From: Candidatus Latescibacterota bacterium
GTDB lineage: Bacteria > Latescibacterota > UBA2968 > GCA-2709665
DNA length: 64,000 bases
NCBI GenBank assembly: GCA_965203805.1
Contig: OZ241917.1
Coordinates: 4,128,001-4,192,000, forward strand
Direction: 5' to 3'
Part shown: piece after piece, positions 9,517-19,354 of the stretch
How the letters are laid out: every line of letters starts with the position of its first letter
How positions within the stretch are numbered: the first letter of the stretch is position 1
The notes under the pieces: model-generated
What the model saw: the letters and a program-made list of their open reading frames with translations, nothing else
What the model was told of the DNA's origin: nothing
The model's database searches: none
Made by a program: the position numbers and the translations under genes

Positions 9517-10593
9517 TCACGATCCGGAGTCCTGCCGTTCGTCCCTGCGCATCCGGTCCCGGGCTTTCCGGGATATCCGGTTCCAGACGCCCGTGAGCCC
9601 CATGGCTTTCTTCATGGCCTTGAGCGTTTCATCGGCGACCACCTGGACGCGCTGCGTTCCTTCGTACAGTACCTTTTCCACGTACCCGGAATCCGCTTCG
9701 TATCGCGCCCTTCGCTCCCGAATCGGATCGAGAAAGTCGTTCAGCGCCCGCGTGAGCTTCTCCTTCACCTCCACGTCGCCGACCGTCCCGGCGCGGTACC
9801 TCGTCTTCAGGTCCGCCACTTCCTCCTTGTCCGGATTAAACGCGTCGTGGTAGACGAAGACGGGATTTCCTTCCACCCTGCCGGGTATGTCGGCTCTGAC
9901 CCGGTTGGGATCGGTAAACATCCCGCGCACCTTCTTCTTCACGGTCTGCGCATCGTCAGAAAGAAAAATCGCATTGTCCAGGCTCTTGCTCATTTTCGCC
10001 TGGCCGTCCGTTCCCACCAGAACCGGGACCTCGCCGATCAGGGCGTCCGGAATCGGGAAGACCTCACCGTAATAGCTGTTGAACCGACGGGCGATTTCCC
10101 GGGTCACCTCCACGTGCGCCAGGTTGTCCTTTCCCACGGGCACCAGGTGCGCCCTGGGGGTCAATATGTCCGCCGCCTGCAGAATCGGATATCCGACAAG
10201 CCCGAACGGGATCGCCTCGTCGTCCAGCCTGGCGGCGCGCGCCATATCCTTGATGCTGGGCAGCCGGGCGACTCTCGGCAGCGTCACCAGCATCTCGAAA
10301 AAGAGGTCCATCTCGTAGACGGCGTGGATGGCCGACTGCAGATAAATGGTCGATCTGGCCGGATCGATGCCCACGGCCAGGTAGTCCAGCAGCATTTCCC
10401 GCACATTCTCCCGAAGGGCATGGATATGCTCCTTCTGCGGCCGGGTCGTGAGCATATGCAGGTCCGCCACGAGAAAATAACATTCGTATTCGTCCTGCAG
10501 CCGGACCCGGTTCTTCAATGAGCCCACGTAATGCCCCAGGTGCATCCGCCCCGTGGGACGGTCTCCCGTCAGAATCCGTTTTCGATCGTCCAT
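9517..10593 (-). CDS. trpS: Tryptophan--tRNA ligase
   Basis: [14 protein letters not shown] (HIGH), [16 protein letters not shown], complete C-terminal domain. ATG 10593 with GGAGG RBS. Confidence 0.97.
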   Translation of the reverse strand: MDDRKRILTGDRPTGRMHLGHYVGSLKNRVRLQDEYECYFLVADLHMLTTRPQKEHIHALRENVREMLLDYLAVGIDPARSTIYLQSAIHAVYEMDLFFEMLVTLPRVARLPSIKDMARAARLDDEAIPFGLVGYPILQAADILTPRAHLVPVGKDNLAHVEVTREIARRFNSYYGEVFPIPDALIGEVPVLVGTDGQAKMSKSLDNAIFLSDDAQTVKKKVRGMFTDPNRVRADIPGRVEGNPVFVYHDAFNPDKEEVADLKTRYRAGTVGDVEVKEKLTRALNDFLDPIRERRARYEADSGYVEKVLYEGTQRVQVVADETLKAMKKAMGLTGVWNRISRKARDRMRRDERQDSGS

Positions 10594-10606
10594 CGCGTTT
10601 TCCTCC

Positions 10607-10640
10607 AAAACAAAAATCCCCGCCGTTGACCGGCAGGGAC
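10607..10640 (-). terminator. trpS attenuator terminator hairpin
   Basis: GTCCCTGCCG-GTCAA-CGGCGGGGAT then TTTTGTTTT, directly before the trpS RBS. ACCGGC in the leader can pair with GCCGGT of the 5' arm as an antiterminator. Confidence 0.85.
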
Positions 10641-10668
10641 GTTGGTTTATTCAATTCGAATCTCAAGT

Positions 10669-10746
10669 TCAGCACGCAGTCAGCCGGCCGGTACGATTGA
10701 AGTCGTGCCGCCACCAGCACCCGCTGTGTATACCGCGCGCCGCCAT
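10669..10746 (-). CDS. TrpL-like attenuator leader peptide (25 aa)
   Basis: AAAGGA RBS, then MAARGIHSGCWWRHDFNRTGRLTAC*, with tandem TGG codons at 10711-10716. Too short for the ORF track. Confidence 0.85.
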   Translation of the reverse strand: MAARGIHSGCWWRHDFNRTGRLTAC

Positions 10747-10875
10747 TGCTTTTTCCTTTCAACCCAAACTGTGAATGACCGGTCAACGATATCGAATTCC
10801 GGATGCGCTGTCAAGCGAATTCTGCTATTTCCGGTTTTTCCACACGTGTTGCGCCCGATCCTGGATAAATTACAG

Positions 10876-10940
10876 ACATGGACAGACATGGATGGACAGG
10901 ATAGAAACAAAAAAGCGTGACAAAAGCACGAGAAAACGAG
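10876..10940 (+). repeat. Dispersed repeat CATGGATGGACAGGAT...AAAAGCACGAGAAAACGA (copies at ~42850-42965, ~49290-49420, partial inverted at ~48415-48443)
   Basis: Near-identical stretches seen directly at the listed positions. Confidence 0.8.
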
Positions 10941-11122
10941 TAACGGCAGTGAATCGATTCCCCATAGACCGCGCGTCGTCATTCCGGCCATCCTGAACCC
11001 GAAACATTTCGGCGGCCAACCCAATTCCGGACGCTTCAAGGATTTCGTTATGTGCGCTGCTAATGTTATTCAAAATCAACCGATTATACAACAAACAAAC
11101 CCGTTTTCATGAATAATCCGGG

Positions 11123-12115
11123 CTATGTTGCATCCCGCAACAGTTGCGCCATATCCACGGCAAAGTAGGTCAGGATTACATCCGCGCCCGCCCGTTTGAT
11201 GGACGTCAGGGTCTCCACCATCGCCCGCTCCTTTTCCACCCAGCCGCGTTCCGCGGCCGCCAGGACCATGCCGTACTCGCCCGACACGTTGTACGCTGCA
11301 ATGGGCACTTCGAAACTCTCCTTCGCCTTCGCGATGACGTCGAGGTAAGGGAGCGCGGGTTTCACCATCACCACGTCGGCCCCTTCCTCGATATCCAGCG
11401 CGGTCTCCTTCATCGCTTCCCGAATATTGGCGGGATCCATCTGATAGGTCTTCTTGTCCTCCGGCACCCCGCGCGCCTTCACCGGCGCGGACTTGAGCGC
11501 CCCCCGGAACGGCCCGTAGAAGCAGGATGCATACTTGGCGGAATAGGCCATGATCCCCACGTTGGTGAATCCGTGGTCGTCCAGCGTCACCCGGATGGCG
11601 CCCACCCGGCCATCCATCATGTCCGACGGCGTGACCCAGTCCACGCCCGCCTCGGCGTGAGACAGCGCCATTTGGCACAACACCCCGACGCTCTCGTCGT
11701 TGGCGATCTCACCGTCGATCAGCACGCCGTCATGTCCATGCGTGGTATAGGGATCCAGCGCCACGTCGGTCTGCACGCACAGGTCGGGAAGCGCCGCCTT
11801 CAGCGCCCGGACCGCGCGCTGGATCAGGCCGTCCGGATCGTACGCCATTGACGCGCGTTCGTCCTTCTCCTCCGAATAACCGAACAGATTCACGCCGCAG
11901 ATCCCGAGGCCGCACACCGTCTCGCACTCCCGCACGAGTTCGTCGACCGAAAACCGGAACTGACCGGGCATCGAGTCAATGGGTTCGCGCACATTGGCGC
12001 CTTCCGTTACGAACATCGGATAGATCAGGTCCCCGACGTTCAATACGGTTTCCCTGACGAGCGTCCGTATCGGTTCGGTGCGCCGCAGCCGGCGGGGTCG
12101 ATAGGTGAGTTCCAT
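11123..12115 (-). CDS. hemB: Porphobilinogen synthase (Asp-rich, zinc-independent type metal site)
   Basis: RPRRLR, DVALDPYTTHGHDG, SDMMDGRV, YSAKYAS, YQMDPAN, MVKPALPYLD, AYNVSGEY. Confidence 0.98.
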   Translation of the reverse strand: MELTYRPRRLRRTEPIRTLVRETVLNVGDLIYPMFVTEGANVREPIDSMPGQFRFSVDELVRECETVCGLGICGVNLFGYSEEKDERASMAYDPDGLIQRAVRALKAALPDLCVQTDVALDPYTTHGHDGVLIDGEIANDESVGVLCQMALSHAEAGVDWVTPSDMMDGRVGAIRVTLDDHGFTNVGIMAYSAKYASCFYGPFRGALKSAPVKARGVPEDKKTYQMDPANIREAMKETALDIEEGADVVMVKPALPYLDVIAKAKESFEVPIAAYNVSGEYGMVLAAAERGWVEKERAMVETLTSIKRAGADVILTYFAVDMAQLLRDAT

Positions 12116-12575
12116 AGAGCCTCTTTAATTCAAACACGGATCAGGATTTACAGGATTATAGGATTAAGCAGGATTAGAAATCAGGATCAAAACCAGGTGC
12201 AGGAAAAAGCAAAGAGCAGGGCAAATGCTCGCTCCTCCGGGAAAAAACGGCAGACCGCGCCACGTCACCATGACCAATCAGACTCCGAATTCCATTAACC
12301 TTAATCTGACAACAACCGCAATGCGGTGCCGCGACGAAACCTTTCGAAATGGGCCGAAAAGGCCATCCAAATGGACATTTTTTCCGTTCACGTCCAGTGA
12401 CCTGGAGAATCCTGGAAATCCGACGTTTAATCGCCTTTATCAACTTGCGTATATGCGATTTAACGTCACCGAAAAACGACGAATCAAGGTTAGAATGTAC
12501 CCTCGCTGGTGCCGATGTCAACCCTCGCGTTCAAGCCGGGTTTGTCGACCGGGCGGCACGAGCGGACACGGCGAG

Positions 12576-12604
12576 GTAGGGGCAGGTTTGAAAACTGCCC
12601 CTAC
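12576..12604. repeat. GTAG-type REP palindrome; related copies at ~23768, 35099, 35145, 40275, 40312, 41276, 43009, 48111
   Basis: GTAGGGGCAGGTTTGAAAACTGCCCCTAC here. Elsewhere GTAGGGGCGACCGGCCGGTCGCCCCTAC, GGGCGGTTCGCGAACCGCCC and GGGCAACCCTTGTGGTTGCCC. Confidence 0.8.
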
Positions 12605-12822
12605 GGTCGGGATATCGCGGGAACGTAGAGGCGATTATCGACGCTCGCCGGGTCTGTTTCGTGATACGGCAAAAAACCTGCTTTAGTGCGTACGAAATTG
12701 GCCTTTTCGCTGATTTGGGATCGGGGTAAATTGTATACCAGGCGACGGGAGGATACGCAGCTTTTCTTCCGTCTGAATTCGGGAAGAAGGACAATGAGAA
12801 CGGCGGCAGACAGGAATGTCCG

Positions 12823-12863
12823 CCTGCCTGCGCCTGCCAGTGACGCTTTGGCAGGCAGGCAGG
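12823..12863. mobile_element. Nested micro-insertion elements (outer 18 nt; inner 12833-12855)
   Basis: CCTGCCTGCG[CCTGCCAGTGACGCTTTGGCAGG]CAGGCAGG inside the REP-like GGCAGACAGGAATGTCCG^CCCCACC. Confidence 0.75.
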
Positions 12864-12954
12864 CCCCACCTTCACAAACGCTTTCTCAACCGCTCGACCA
12901 GCCAGTGTGCGGGCGCAGGGAACTCAATTCCAAAAACGAAAAGGGCAGCCATCT

Positions 12955-15282
12955 ATGGACCTGACCCAATTCCACGACGATACGGTAATTTCTGAACAGG
13001 TGCTTGTCGATTCAGAGCTCGATGGGCATGTCCACCTGCGGGTGGACGCGGAGGACCTGCGCGGCGTGAATGAGATTCGCGCCGACGTGTATCTCCCGCC
13101 CGGGGCGAACGGACAGATCCGGTGCGGGCTGACGTCGGGTGATCGCACAGAGGGCATGAGTGAGGACGACGGTTATCTGTTCCTCGCCATCGTCTCACCG
13201 CGCGGCGGGAACGTCTGGGAGGGATGGCGTGAGTTCCGATTTCCTGCCGAGTGTTTCTATACGCAGGGGATACCATCCGGCTGGGGGCAGATGCGCTCGG
13301 TAACGCTGGACGGACCGCAGGACAGCCGGTTTCGCAACATTCGCCTTTTGGAACGGCAGGTCAGACCCGGACCGAGGATGACGGATGAGCAGTTTATCGC
13401 AACGCTGAATCCGGACCATCCCGGTCTGGGGATGATTCGTAGAGGGACCGCGGAGTCTGTCTTCCCGGATGTCGCGCGGTATTTCCGATCCAGCGGCTTT
13501 GACCGGGAACTGGTCCCGAGCGAGCGGGAGCCGAATGCCGATCCCGATCAGGCCGACCGGATCCTGGAAGGCCGGGTCCTGGGACAGGACTGGTCGACGG
13601 AGATCGACTGGGAGGCCAATCCTACCGGATACATCGAATGGACCCTGGCCATCCACTATCTCCTGTTCCTCAGGCCGGCAATCGACGCGTACTGGGAAAC
13701 CGGACAGGCGAAATACGCAACGGGCATCGAACGGTACATCAAGGACTGGATGCGGCGCTGCCCGGTCCCCTATGGCGTTCGCGCCGGGGGGTACCCATGG
13801 GGTCACTCTCTGGTCGTCGCCATTCGACCCTTCAGCACGCTCGTGGACGTCTTCCGCGTCCTCTGCGCGTGTCCGGAAACCGATGACGGCATGATCATCG
13901 ACATGCTCAAGTCGATCTACGAGCACCAGGTCTATCTGCTGAAGTTCCAATCCTTCCCGCCCTCGAACAAGACCATTGCCGAGGCCCGGACCATCGGCGC
14001 GCTGGGATGCGCTTTCCCGGAGTTCAGAGACGCCGCGTACTGGCGGGAAGCGGGATATCGCCGGCTGCTGGACGACATGCGCGTACAGGTGATGGCCGAC
14101 GGGGCCTCCTACGAACTCACGCCGGGTTACCAGATGAGTATTTCCACCTGGTTTCTGGAATCGTTTCAGGTGGCGCGAAAATTCAACCATCCGCTCGAGC
14201 CCGAACTGGAGGCCGGCATTCGATCGATGTTCGACTGGAGCGTGGCCATCACCCGGCCGGACTTCACCCGCCCCTCCGTTTCCGACGCCGGCAGCATGGA
14301 TTCGAAGTACGGTGATTCTCTCGCGCATCCCGGACGCGTCCTGGACAATCCGGCCGCGGTGTGGGTGGGCGCCGAGGGCCGCGAGGGTGCCCCGCCCGAC
14401 TACAACTCGATCGCCCTGCGGGACTCCGGATATTTCGTCATGCGCAGCGGTTGGGATGAGAACGCCCGGTATCTGTTCTTCGATGGAGGGCCCTACGGCC
14501 GCTGGCACCAGCACGAGGACAAACTCAACCTCGAAGTCTATGCCCACGGCACGCCTTACATTGTGGATCCCGGCATCACGTCCTACTACACCAACCCGTG
14601 GACCCGGTTCTACACGACCACACAGGCGCACAATACCGTCCTGGTGGACGGCCGCGCGCAGGCCCGGGGCCGCAATCAGACCATCGAACAATGGACCGAG
14701 TCCGCCCGCGGTTCAACCGTCTGGCGTTCGGATGACCGAAGCGACGTCGCCATGGCAAGCTACGACGCGCCCTACGCGGACCAGGATTCGCCGGTCCGGC
14801 ACCGCCGCGCCGTGCTATTTGTCAAACCGGATTATTTCATCGTTTTCGACGAGTTGACCGGCGAAGGCAGCCACACGTACGAGGCATTCTTCCATTTCAT
14901 GCCCTTCCGCCTGCTCACCGACCCGGACACCGGCGCCGTCCGGACCGGACGCATGGACGCACCCAACCTGGAACTCCTTCCCCTGACCAGGATGATGCCG
15001 CGGCTGATCTGCGGCCGGAACGATCCCGTGCAGGGCTGGCTCGCCATCGGCGGACAGGATGTCCCGGCCCCCGTGGCCGTCTACAAGAGGCGGAGCCGGC
15101 TGCCGTTCCGGACCGGGTACGTGATCTACCCGTTCGGCGCGGACCGCGTCACCGCCGGCGTCACCGCAAAAACCACTCGGCGCGCGGACGTATGGACCGT
15201 CAACATCGACCATGCCGGCGGCGGGCGGGACCGCGTGCGTATGGATTGGGGGGACGAGAAAGGCCCGGAGTTGATGAGGTGA
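12955..15282 (+). CDS. Heparinase II/III family polysaccharide lyase
   Basis: alpha/alpha barrel region with DGASYELTPGYQ, then SGYFVMRSGW, HQHEDKL, IVDPG..Y and AHNTVLVDG, typical of heparinase II/III-like lyases. Confidence 0.9.
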   Translation: MDLTQFHDDTVISEQVLVDSELDGHVHLRVDAEDLRGVNEIRADVYLPPGANGQIRCGLTSGDRTEGMSEDDGYLFLAIVSPRGGNVWEGWREFRFPAECFYTQGIPSGWGQMRSVTLDGPQDSRFRNIRLLERQVRPGPRMTDEQFIATLNPDHPGLGMIRRGTAESVFPDVARYFRSSGFDRELVPSEREPNADPDQADRILEGRVLGQDWSTEIDWEANPTGYIEWTLAIHYLLFLRPAIDAYWETGQAKYATGIERYIKDWMRRCPVPYGVRAGGYPWGHSLVVAIRPFSTLVDVFRVLCACPETDDGMIIDMLKSIYEHQVYLLKFQSFPPSNKTIAEARTIGALGCAFPEFRDAAYWREAGYRRLLDDMRVQVMADGASYELTPGYQMSISTWFLESFQVARKFNHPLEPELEAGIRSMFDWSVAITRPDFTRPSVSDAGSMDSKYGDSLAHPGRVLDNPAAVWVGAEGREGAPPDYNSIALRDSGYFVMRSGWDENARYLFFDGGPYGRWHQHEDKLNLEVYAHGTPYIVDPGITSYYTNPWTRFYTTTQAHNTVLVDGRAQARGRNQTIEQWTESARGSTVWRSDDRSDVAMASYDAPYADQDSPVRHRRAVLFVKPDYFIVFDELTGEGSHTYEAFFHFMPFRLLTDPDTGAVRTGRMDAPNLELLPLTRMMPRLICGRNDPVQGWLAIGGQDVPAPVAVYKRRSRLPFRTGYVIYPFGADRVTAGVTAKTTRRADVWTVNIDHAGGGRDRVRMDWGDEKGPELMR

Positions 15283-15311
15283 CATGGTCAGCCGACAGCA
15301 ACTGAAACACG

Positions 15312-15348
15312 AAAAAGGACGGCTTCCATCGAGAAACCGTCCTTCTTT
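15312..15348. terminator. Bidirectional terminator between convergent genes
   Basis: AAAAAGGACGG...CCGTCCTTCTTT. Confidence 0.65.
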
Positions 15349-15416
15349 GTGCATTCAATACTGAACCACACGATCATGTGTGGTCACGCCGCCGGCCTGA
15401 AAGGTTGCGGTGCGGA

Positions 15417-17378
15417 TCAGTCCACGTCATCCGTCTCCGAAAGATGCGCCTGCCGCGCCTCCTCGACCTTCTCGGGCGGGACGGGCCTGGAGAGCCCCAC
15501 GTAAAACGCCAGGTACCACATGACGAAGATCCCGAATACCAGCATCAGCAGTTGCCAGACCCATAGCGACGGCAGGCCGAACGGTCCCCACGTCGCCGGC
15601 ACGCTGGGATCGCCGAACAGCGTATTGCCCACAACGGCAAAGGGTCCGAACCCAACGAGGAACCAGACCACCGTGAGCAGCCAGGCCAATGGCACGTGTC
15701 TGCGCCGCTCCTTCGAAATCCCCGAAACGGCCTGCACGAAGCGGTGGTGGCTTTCCTTTTTCTCCCGGACATTGCCGGTTTCCGGCCACAGGCGGGAAAC
15801 CAGCACGGCGACAAGCATATTGAAGAAAATCCCCCAGCCCGCGCTGTGAATCGTAAACGGGTACGCGCCCCATGGGGCGTCGCTGACTGTGGAGGCGATG
15901 CGGTCCGGAAGGAACAGCTTTACAAATCCCATAATTACGGGAAGTGCCTCACTGACCGTACGGTCGGTAAGCGTAACGGCAACCAACCCTGCGACCAGCC
16001 CCCAGACGATGCCTTTCCGTGTGAAGAAGCGGAAATAGCACAGCCCCATAAGCGCAGGATACATCTGGAATCCGTAGGCCACGGCGAGCCCGCCCAGCAT
16101 CACGATGGCCTGCGTCGACTTTGCCGCCACGATCAGCGCCGCGAGCGTTACGACGATTACAAAAATGCGCCCGTAGAGCTTCTGCTTACTGTCGGATGCG
16201 TCGGGCGATATATATCGCCTGTAAAGGTCCCGGGTCACCATCCCGCTGAACGTGGACATATAGGCCGCCCCGGTGCTCTGCATGGCGCCCAGCGCACATA
16301 CAGCCAGCAATCCCACCAGCCAGGGGTAGGTGTCCGCCAGAAGGTTGATCAACTGGGGCACCAGTTTTGGCCGGGTCACCTCGTCGAAGACCCCGTTGGC
16401 CAGCAGCACGTTGCCGCCCAGTCCCTGGAAAATGGTGAAGGTGAACAGGATAATTCCGATGATCACCGAGGAGGCCACGACCTGCTGCCAGCGGAAGGGT
16501 TCACTGGTCCGGTTTGAGAACGCCCACATCGAAAAGGCGGGCGAAGACTGGATGCCCATCAGCGCGAACATATAGGTCATACACATCATACCCGTCCAGA
16601 CGCCGCCGACGGCCTTTGAGCCCTCGGAGACGATCTGAATCGAGCCGGGTAACGCCACGTAGTGGGAATGGCCGTCGGGTGTCAGCCCCTTTCCCGAAGC
16701 CAGGTCCTGGCGAACGAGGTTTCCCACGCCCTCGGTAAACGCCGTCCATCCGCCGGAAAACTGAATCGCAACGATACCCAGCGCGACGATCCCAAGCGCC
16801 AGAAGTATGCACTGCGCGCAATCCACGTATGCCACCGACCGAAGGCCTCCGGCGGCGACGTAGATCATCACGATGGCGGACAACGCGAACATCCCCACCT
16901 CGATACTCAGCATATTGTCCGAGAGCACGTTGAACAGGAACCCCGAGGCCCGGAGCTGGACGCCCAGGTACGGCACGCTGAACAGAAATGCCACGAGCAC
17001 GGTCAGCAGCCGGATCGTGTCGCCGCCGTAGTAGTGGGAATACATCTCGCCGGGGGTGATATGCTGAAACGCACGCCCGATGAGCCATTGCCGCCGGAGG
17101 AACAGCACGCCCGTAAACGGAATCGTCAGCGCATAGAAGGAAGCGAACGCATAGGGAAGGCCCGCTTCCAGAATCAGACCGGGGTGACCCACAAAGGTCC
17201 AGCCCGAAAAACTTGTGGCCGTGGCGGCGAGTACGAAGACCCAGATGCCGATACTCCGACCGGCCACGAAATAGTCCGCGGACGTTCGCGATCGCAGCGC
17301 ACCCCGAAACCCCCAGAAAAGACAATAGGCCCAGTACAGACCCACGAAGATCAGCAACCAGATCAGTTTGGCTTCCAA
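15417..17378 (-). CDS. Sodium:solute symporter family protein
   Basis: DYFVAGRSIG, ATATSFSGWTFVGHPG, GGLRSVAYVD, AMQST and many TM helices. Probable TTG start at 17378 after GGAGG; the track start at 17750 looks over-extended. Confidence 0.93.
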   Translation of the reverse strand: MEAKLIWLLIFVGLYWAYCLFWGFRGALRSRTSADYFVAGRSIGIWVFVLAATATSFSGWTFVGHPGLILEAGLPYAFASFYALTIPFTGVLFLRRQWLIGRAFQHITPGEMYSHYYGGDTIRLLTVLVAFLFSVPYLGVQLRASGFLFNVLSDNMLSIEVGMFALSAIVMIYVAAGGLRSVAYVDCAQCILLALGIVALGIVAIQFSGGWTAFTEGVGNLVRQDLASGKGLTPDGHSHYVALPGSIQIVSEGSKAVGGVWTGMMCMTYMFALMGIQSSPAFSMWAFSNRTSEPFRWQQVVASSVIIGIILFTFTIFQGLGGNVLLANGVFDEVTRPKLVPQLINLLADTYPWLVGLLAVCALGAMQSTGAAYMSTFSGMVTRDLYRRYISPDASDSKQKLYGRIFVIVVTLAALIVAAKSTQAIVMLGGLAVAYGFQMYPALMGLCYFRFFTRKGIVWGLVAGLVAVTLTDRTVSEALPVIMGFVKLFLPDRIASTVSDAPWGAYPFTIHSAGWGIFFNMLVAVLVSRLWPETGNVREKKESHHRFVQAVSGISKERRRHVPLAWLLTVVWFLVGFGPFAVVGNTLFGDPSVPATWGPFGLPSLWVWQLLMLVFGIFVMWYLAFYVGLSRPVPPEKVEEARQAHLSETDDVD

Positions 17379-17824
17379 AACGTCGGTCCCTCCGGTGGGA
17401 TTGATGAAACGTGGACATCCGGCCCGGCAAGGTATGAACAGAGGCCATGAGACGCAACGATTATTACCAGGAGCAGTAAATAGTGGCCAGTGGTCAGAAA
17501 GAGCAGTTGTCAGCTTCCGTTTATTTTCATGAATTGCAAATAGTCGACGTCCAGGCCCACCAAAGAAGAGTGGGAGGATGTAAACAATACGGTGCTCCCC
17601 GTAATAAATGACGGAATGCAACTCGCTGAGGCCGGCTCCGCGGACCTTCCGCGGGACCCGAAATTCCATTTTTAGTTTGACAAGATGCGCATATTTTCGT
17701 ATGGAAAGTTGCAGGACCGCGCACTGTACGCACTCGTCGGGTGTGATCACGAAACGCGGTTAATCCTGCAATTCCGGCGCGGCGCTTTCTGAAGCGCCGG
17801 GTTGAACGATCCAGCCACATCGAT

Positions 17825-19348
17825 ATGTCTATTTCGCGAAAAGGACTGATGCCGGCTATCGTCGGCTTTCTCGTCTCCGCCTGCACCCTGGCGCCGCGTT
17901 CGACGCCTGTCGTTTCCGAATCCGTTGCGGAACTCACCGATAGATCCGCCGGAGGCGACGTTGCCGGTTCAATCGAACGGCGCGAGTGGTGGAAAACGTT
18001 CGCCGACCCGGCCCTCAACCGGGTTGTCGAAGGAGTACTGGCGTCCAACTTCGATCTTGCAGGCGCGGTCGCACGGGTCGATCAGGCCAGGGCGCGGGCA
18101 CGCATCGCCAGGGCGCCGTTGTTTCCAACCCTTCAGCCATCGGCCGGCGTCAACGAATTCGATGCGCCCACCAATGCGGGTATCGGCGCGCAACTGGACG
18201 AATTGGGACTGGGTTCCAGCGCGTCCGGAATTGTCCTCCCCGATCGACTCGGCCTTACGACGTACACTGCCGCCGTGGAATTCGCCTACGAAGTGGACTT
18301 CTGGGGCCGGAACCGGAACGACGGTCTTGCCGCGGGAGCCGAACGCCTGGCCTCGGAGTCGGATTATCTGACGGCCCGTATGGGCGTGCTGGCCGAAACG
18401 GTGCGGACCTATCTCGAGATTGTCAACCTGCGCCACCAGAGGCGATTGACCGGTGAAATCACAGAGGTGCACGGGCAACGGGAGTCGCTGGCCGCGTCCC
18501 GTTACAACCGCGGGTTGATCGATGCCAGCGGCCTCCACCGGGCGCGGCAGGAAGCGCGCAACGCCCAGGCGGAACTGCCGCAGATCGAAGCTCTGCTGGC
18601 CGACGCGGAGGGGCGGCTCCGCGTGCTTATGGGAGACCACCGCGCGGATCTCGCGCGCATGCTGCCCGATTCCCTTGCACAGTCCAGCGCCCTGCAACCG
18701 GTTCCACCGGGCATCCCGACCCGTCTCCTGGCGCAGCGCCCGGACGTGATCGCTGCAAAGCAACGGATGGAAGCGGCCCGGTACCAGGTTGGCGCCCGTC
18801 GCGCGGACTTGGCGCCAAGACTCTCCCTGCACGGTTCCATCGGGCTGCAGAGTACGGAATCGAGCGAGTGGTTCAACCCGGAACAATGGTTCCGGAACCT
18901 GAGCATGAACCTTCTCGGACCCGTATTCCAGGGCGGGCGGCTGCGCGGCAACGTTGCGCTGGCCCAGGCGGGATTGAAAGCAGCGGTCGCGGCCTACGGG
19001 AGATCCGTGGTTACCGCGGCCAACGAGATTGAAGCCGCCCTTGCGGGGCTGGCCGCCAGCCGCCGCCGCCATTCGCTGCTGGCCTCGCTGTCGAAAACGG
19101 CGCTTGCAGAAAAAGAACTGCAGGAGCAACGGTACGTTTCGGGTGTGGTTGACTACGAGGTGCTCCTGACGGCGACGCAGACCCGGTTGGCAGCGGAATC
19201 ATTACTTGCCGCGGCAAAGCGCGACCTGGGCTACGCCCGCCTTGCGCTTCATCGCGCGCTGGGAGGCGCGTGGACCGCCGGCGACCTTCAGGCCCGCCGC
19301 CGGCAGCCGCCGAACCAGCGAATCCTCTCCCGACCTCCAACGGAGTAG
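17825..19348 (+). CDS. Efflux outer membrane lipoprotein (NodT/OprM family)
   Basis: Lipobox VSAC, WWKTFADPALN, YEVDFWGR, LLAQRPDV, ALGGAW. Confidence 0.95.
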   Translation: MSISRKGLMPAIVGFLVSACTLAPRSTPVVSESVAELTDRSAGGDVAGSIERREWWKTFADPALNRVVEGVLASNFDLAGAVARVDQARARARIARAPLFPTLQPSAGVNEFDAPTNAGIGAQLDELGLGSSASGIVLPDRLGLTTYTAAVEFAYEVDFWGRNRNDGLAAGAERLASESDYLTARMGVLAETVRTYLEIVNLRHQRRLTGEITEVHGQRESLAASRYNRGLIDASGLHRARQEARNAQAELPQIEALLADAEGRLRVLMGDHRADLARMLPDSLAQSSALQPVPPGIPTRLLAQRPDVIAAKQRMEAARYQVGARRADLAPRLSLHGSIGLQSTESSEWFNPEQWFRNLSMNLLGPVFQGGRLRGNVALAQAGLKAAVAAYGRSVVTAANEIEAALAGLAASRRRHSLLASLSKTALAEKELQEQRYVSGVVDYEVLLTATQTRLAAESLLAAAKRDLGYARLALHRALGGAWTAGDLQARRRQPPNQRILSRPPTE

Positions 19349-19354
19349 ATTGCC

